Assembly: GCA_964480565.1 (NCBI GenBank)
Contig: CAYZSU010000004.1
Coordinates: 1-53,704 of the forward strand
From: an uncultured Myxococcales bacterium
GTDB taxonomy: Bacteria > UBA10199 > 2-02-FULL-44-16 > JAAZCA01
Reading direction: 5' to 3'
DNA length: 53,704 bases
Every line of letters begins with the position of its first letter. The first letter of the stretch is position 1. The position numbers and the translations under genes are program-made. The notes beneath the pieces are model-generated. The model searched no databases. It was not told the origin of the DNA and worked only from the letters and a program-made list of their open reading frames with translations. Shown here one piece after another: positions 52,290 to 53,704 of this stretch.

Positions 52290-53704
52290 ATGTTCAAATA
52301 CAGAAAAACAACTAAAGATGAATTGGCGCTTATTCTTGAAGAAGGGGAAGGGTATTTTCTTGAGTTTAAAAAGAGTGTAAATTCTGATTTAGCAAAAGAA
52401 ATGATTGCTTTTGCTAATGCCTCTGGCGGGCGAATATTTATAGGTATTGATGATAATAGGCACGTTGTGGGTATTAAATCTTCGGATAAACTAATATCAC
52501 AAATTCAAGATGTTGCGCTGTCTTGTGACCCACCAGTTACAATAGATATAGAAAAACTTATAGCGCACAGTCTTATCGTTATTCATGTAAAAGAGGGCGC
52601 TAATCGTCCACATCGATGTGGCAAAGGTTTTTTTCTACGAAATGGTGCGAATTCTCAGAAAATGAATACACAGGATATTACAGATTTTATTCAATCAGAA
52701 GGAAAAATTCGATTTGATGAGCAGCTGCGTCTTGATCTTGATTGGCGAGATGAAATTGATGATATGCGCTTAAATCACTTTTTAAAATTATCAAAAATTC
52801 GTCCCAGGGAGGATGTAGAGGGGTTACTTCTTAACTTAGGCGCGGGTGATTATCATGATAATGAATTCTATCTCAATCAGGCAGGCGTGCTTTTATTTGC
52901 AAAAGATCCAACAAAACGGCTTTTTCATGTTAGTGTAATATGTGCGCTTTATAAGGGAGTAGAAAAAATTCATATTATCGACAGGAAAGAGCTTGCAGGA
53001 AATTTGATTGAAAATATTGAGGATGCAATTGTTTTTTTGAAAAAACATCTTCAGCTTCATTGGAAAATTACATCGGAAAGTCTTCAGCATCAAGAAGTTA
53101 TGGAATTACCTGAAATATCTTTGCGAGAAGCGGTTATTAATGCCATTATCCATCGCGATTATAATGAAAAAGGTGCACAGGTAATGATTGAAGTATTTGA
53201 TGACCGAGTGGAAATTCATAATCCGGGAGGGCTTCCTAAAGGGCTTTCTCCTGAACAATTTGGCACACGAAGTATATGCCGGAATTCAATCATTGCATCA
53301 TTAATGCTTCGCTGTGAGTATATAGAAAAAATGGGGACAGGCATTAAACGCATCCGTGATAATTTAAAAAAGGCAAAATGCGATGATATAAAAGTGGATT
53401 ATCATTATATGTTTGGGCTTACTTTTTCACGACCGGGTAAGGCCAGTAATGAAGAAAAAAATAATATCACCCCACCAGTCACCCCACCAGTCACCCCACC
53501 AGTCAGATTGTTGCTGGATATATTGCATGAAAATGGTGAATTGAGTGCCGTACAAATTAGGGGAGCGCTCAATTTAACGGATAGAAATTATGTGCGGCAA
53601 GCATATATTAAACCTGCGTTGGATGAGGGACTTATCGAACGCACCATTTCGGATAAGCCCAATAGTCGCCTTCAAATGTATCGGCTACGCAAAAAAGGGC
53701 ATGT
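52290..53704 (+). CDS. AlbA_2 (Schlafen-like) + HATPase_c_4 + HTH protein, 3'-truncated by the window edge
   Basis: Not in the ORF track. Reads MFKYRKTTKDELALILEEGEGYFLEFKKS...AFANASGGRIFIGIDD...REAVINAIIHRDY...IEVFDDRVEIHNPGGLP...TISDKPNSRLQMYRL. Confidence 0.9.
   Translation, partial: MFKYRKTTKDELALILEEGEGYFLEFKKSVNSDLAKEMIAFANASGGRIFIGIDDNRHVVGIKSSDKLISQIQDVALSCDPPVTIDIEKLIAHSLIVIHVKEGANRPHRCGKGFFLRNGANSQKMNTQDITDFIQSEGKIRFDEQLRLDLDWRDEIDDMRLNHFLKLSKIRPREDVEGLLLNLGAGDYHDNEFYLNQAGVLLFAKDPTKRLFHVSVICALYKGVEKIHIIDRKELAGNLIENIEDAIVFLKKHLQLHWKITSESLQHQEVMELPEISLREAVINAIIHRDYNEKGAQVMIEVFDDRVEIHNPGGLPKGLSPEQFGTRSICRNSIIASLMLRCEYIEKMGTGIKRIRDNLKKAKCDDIKVDYHYMFGLTFSRPGKASNEEKNNITPPVTPPVTPPVRLLLDILHENGELSAVQIRGALNLTDRNYVRQAYIKPALDEGLIERTISDKPNSRLQMYRLRKKGH
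53469..53504 (+). repeat. 12-bp tandem repeat x3 encoding TPPV
   Basis: (ACCCCACCAGTC)3 in the linker before the HTH. Confidence 0.9.

Overview
AT-rich bacterial chromosomal window spanning the replication origin, probably from a deltaproteobacteria-like lineage (inferred from gene order and protein types). The core is rpmH-rnpA-yidD-yidC-rsmG-parA-parB-bactofilin leftward and dnaA-oriC-dnaN-recF-gyrB rightward, with parS sites, DnaA boxes and DnaA-trios. gyrB is broken by a frameshift at about 39240. A V/A-type ATPase operon (E-C-A-B-D-I-K) with a Na+-binding signature directly follows parAB-bactofilin, followed by a K+-dependent, probably Na+-pumping membrane pyrophosphatase. Further left are a YitJ/maltokinase/GlgM operon, a CDP-alcohol phosphatidyltransferase fused to an apparently catalytically dead nucleotide-pyrophosphatase domain, a MepK-like peptidase, an LRR protein, orphans, typA, ogt and an unlisted partial ORF with toxin-like hydrophobic helices. 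The right end has pepT, namZ, a 1132-aa orphan, two Fic genes, two lipoproteins and an unlisted partial AlbA_2/HATPase_c_4/HTH gene. The most distinctive non-coding signal is a family of TIR-bounded, modular, hairpin-forming miniature elements in most large intergenic gaps. Two copies have 5-bp target-site duplications, and internal stems covary across copies. A second, REP-like repeat family is also present.
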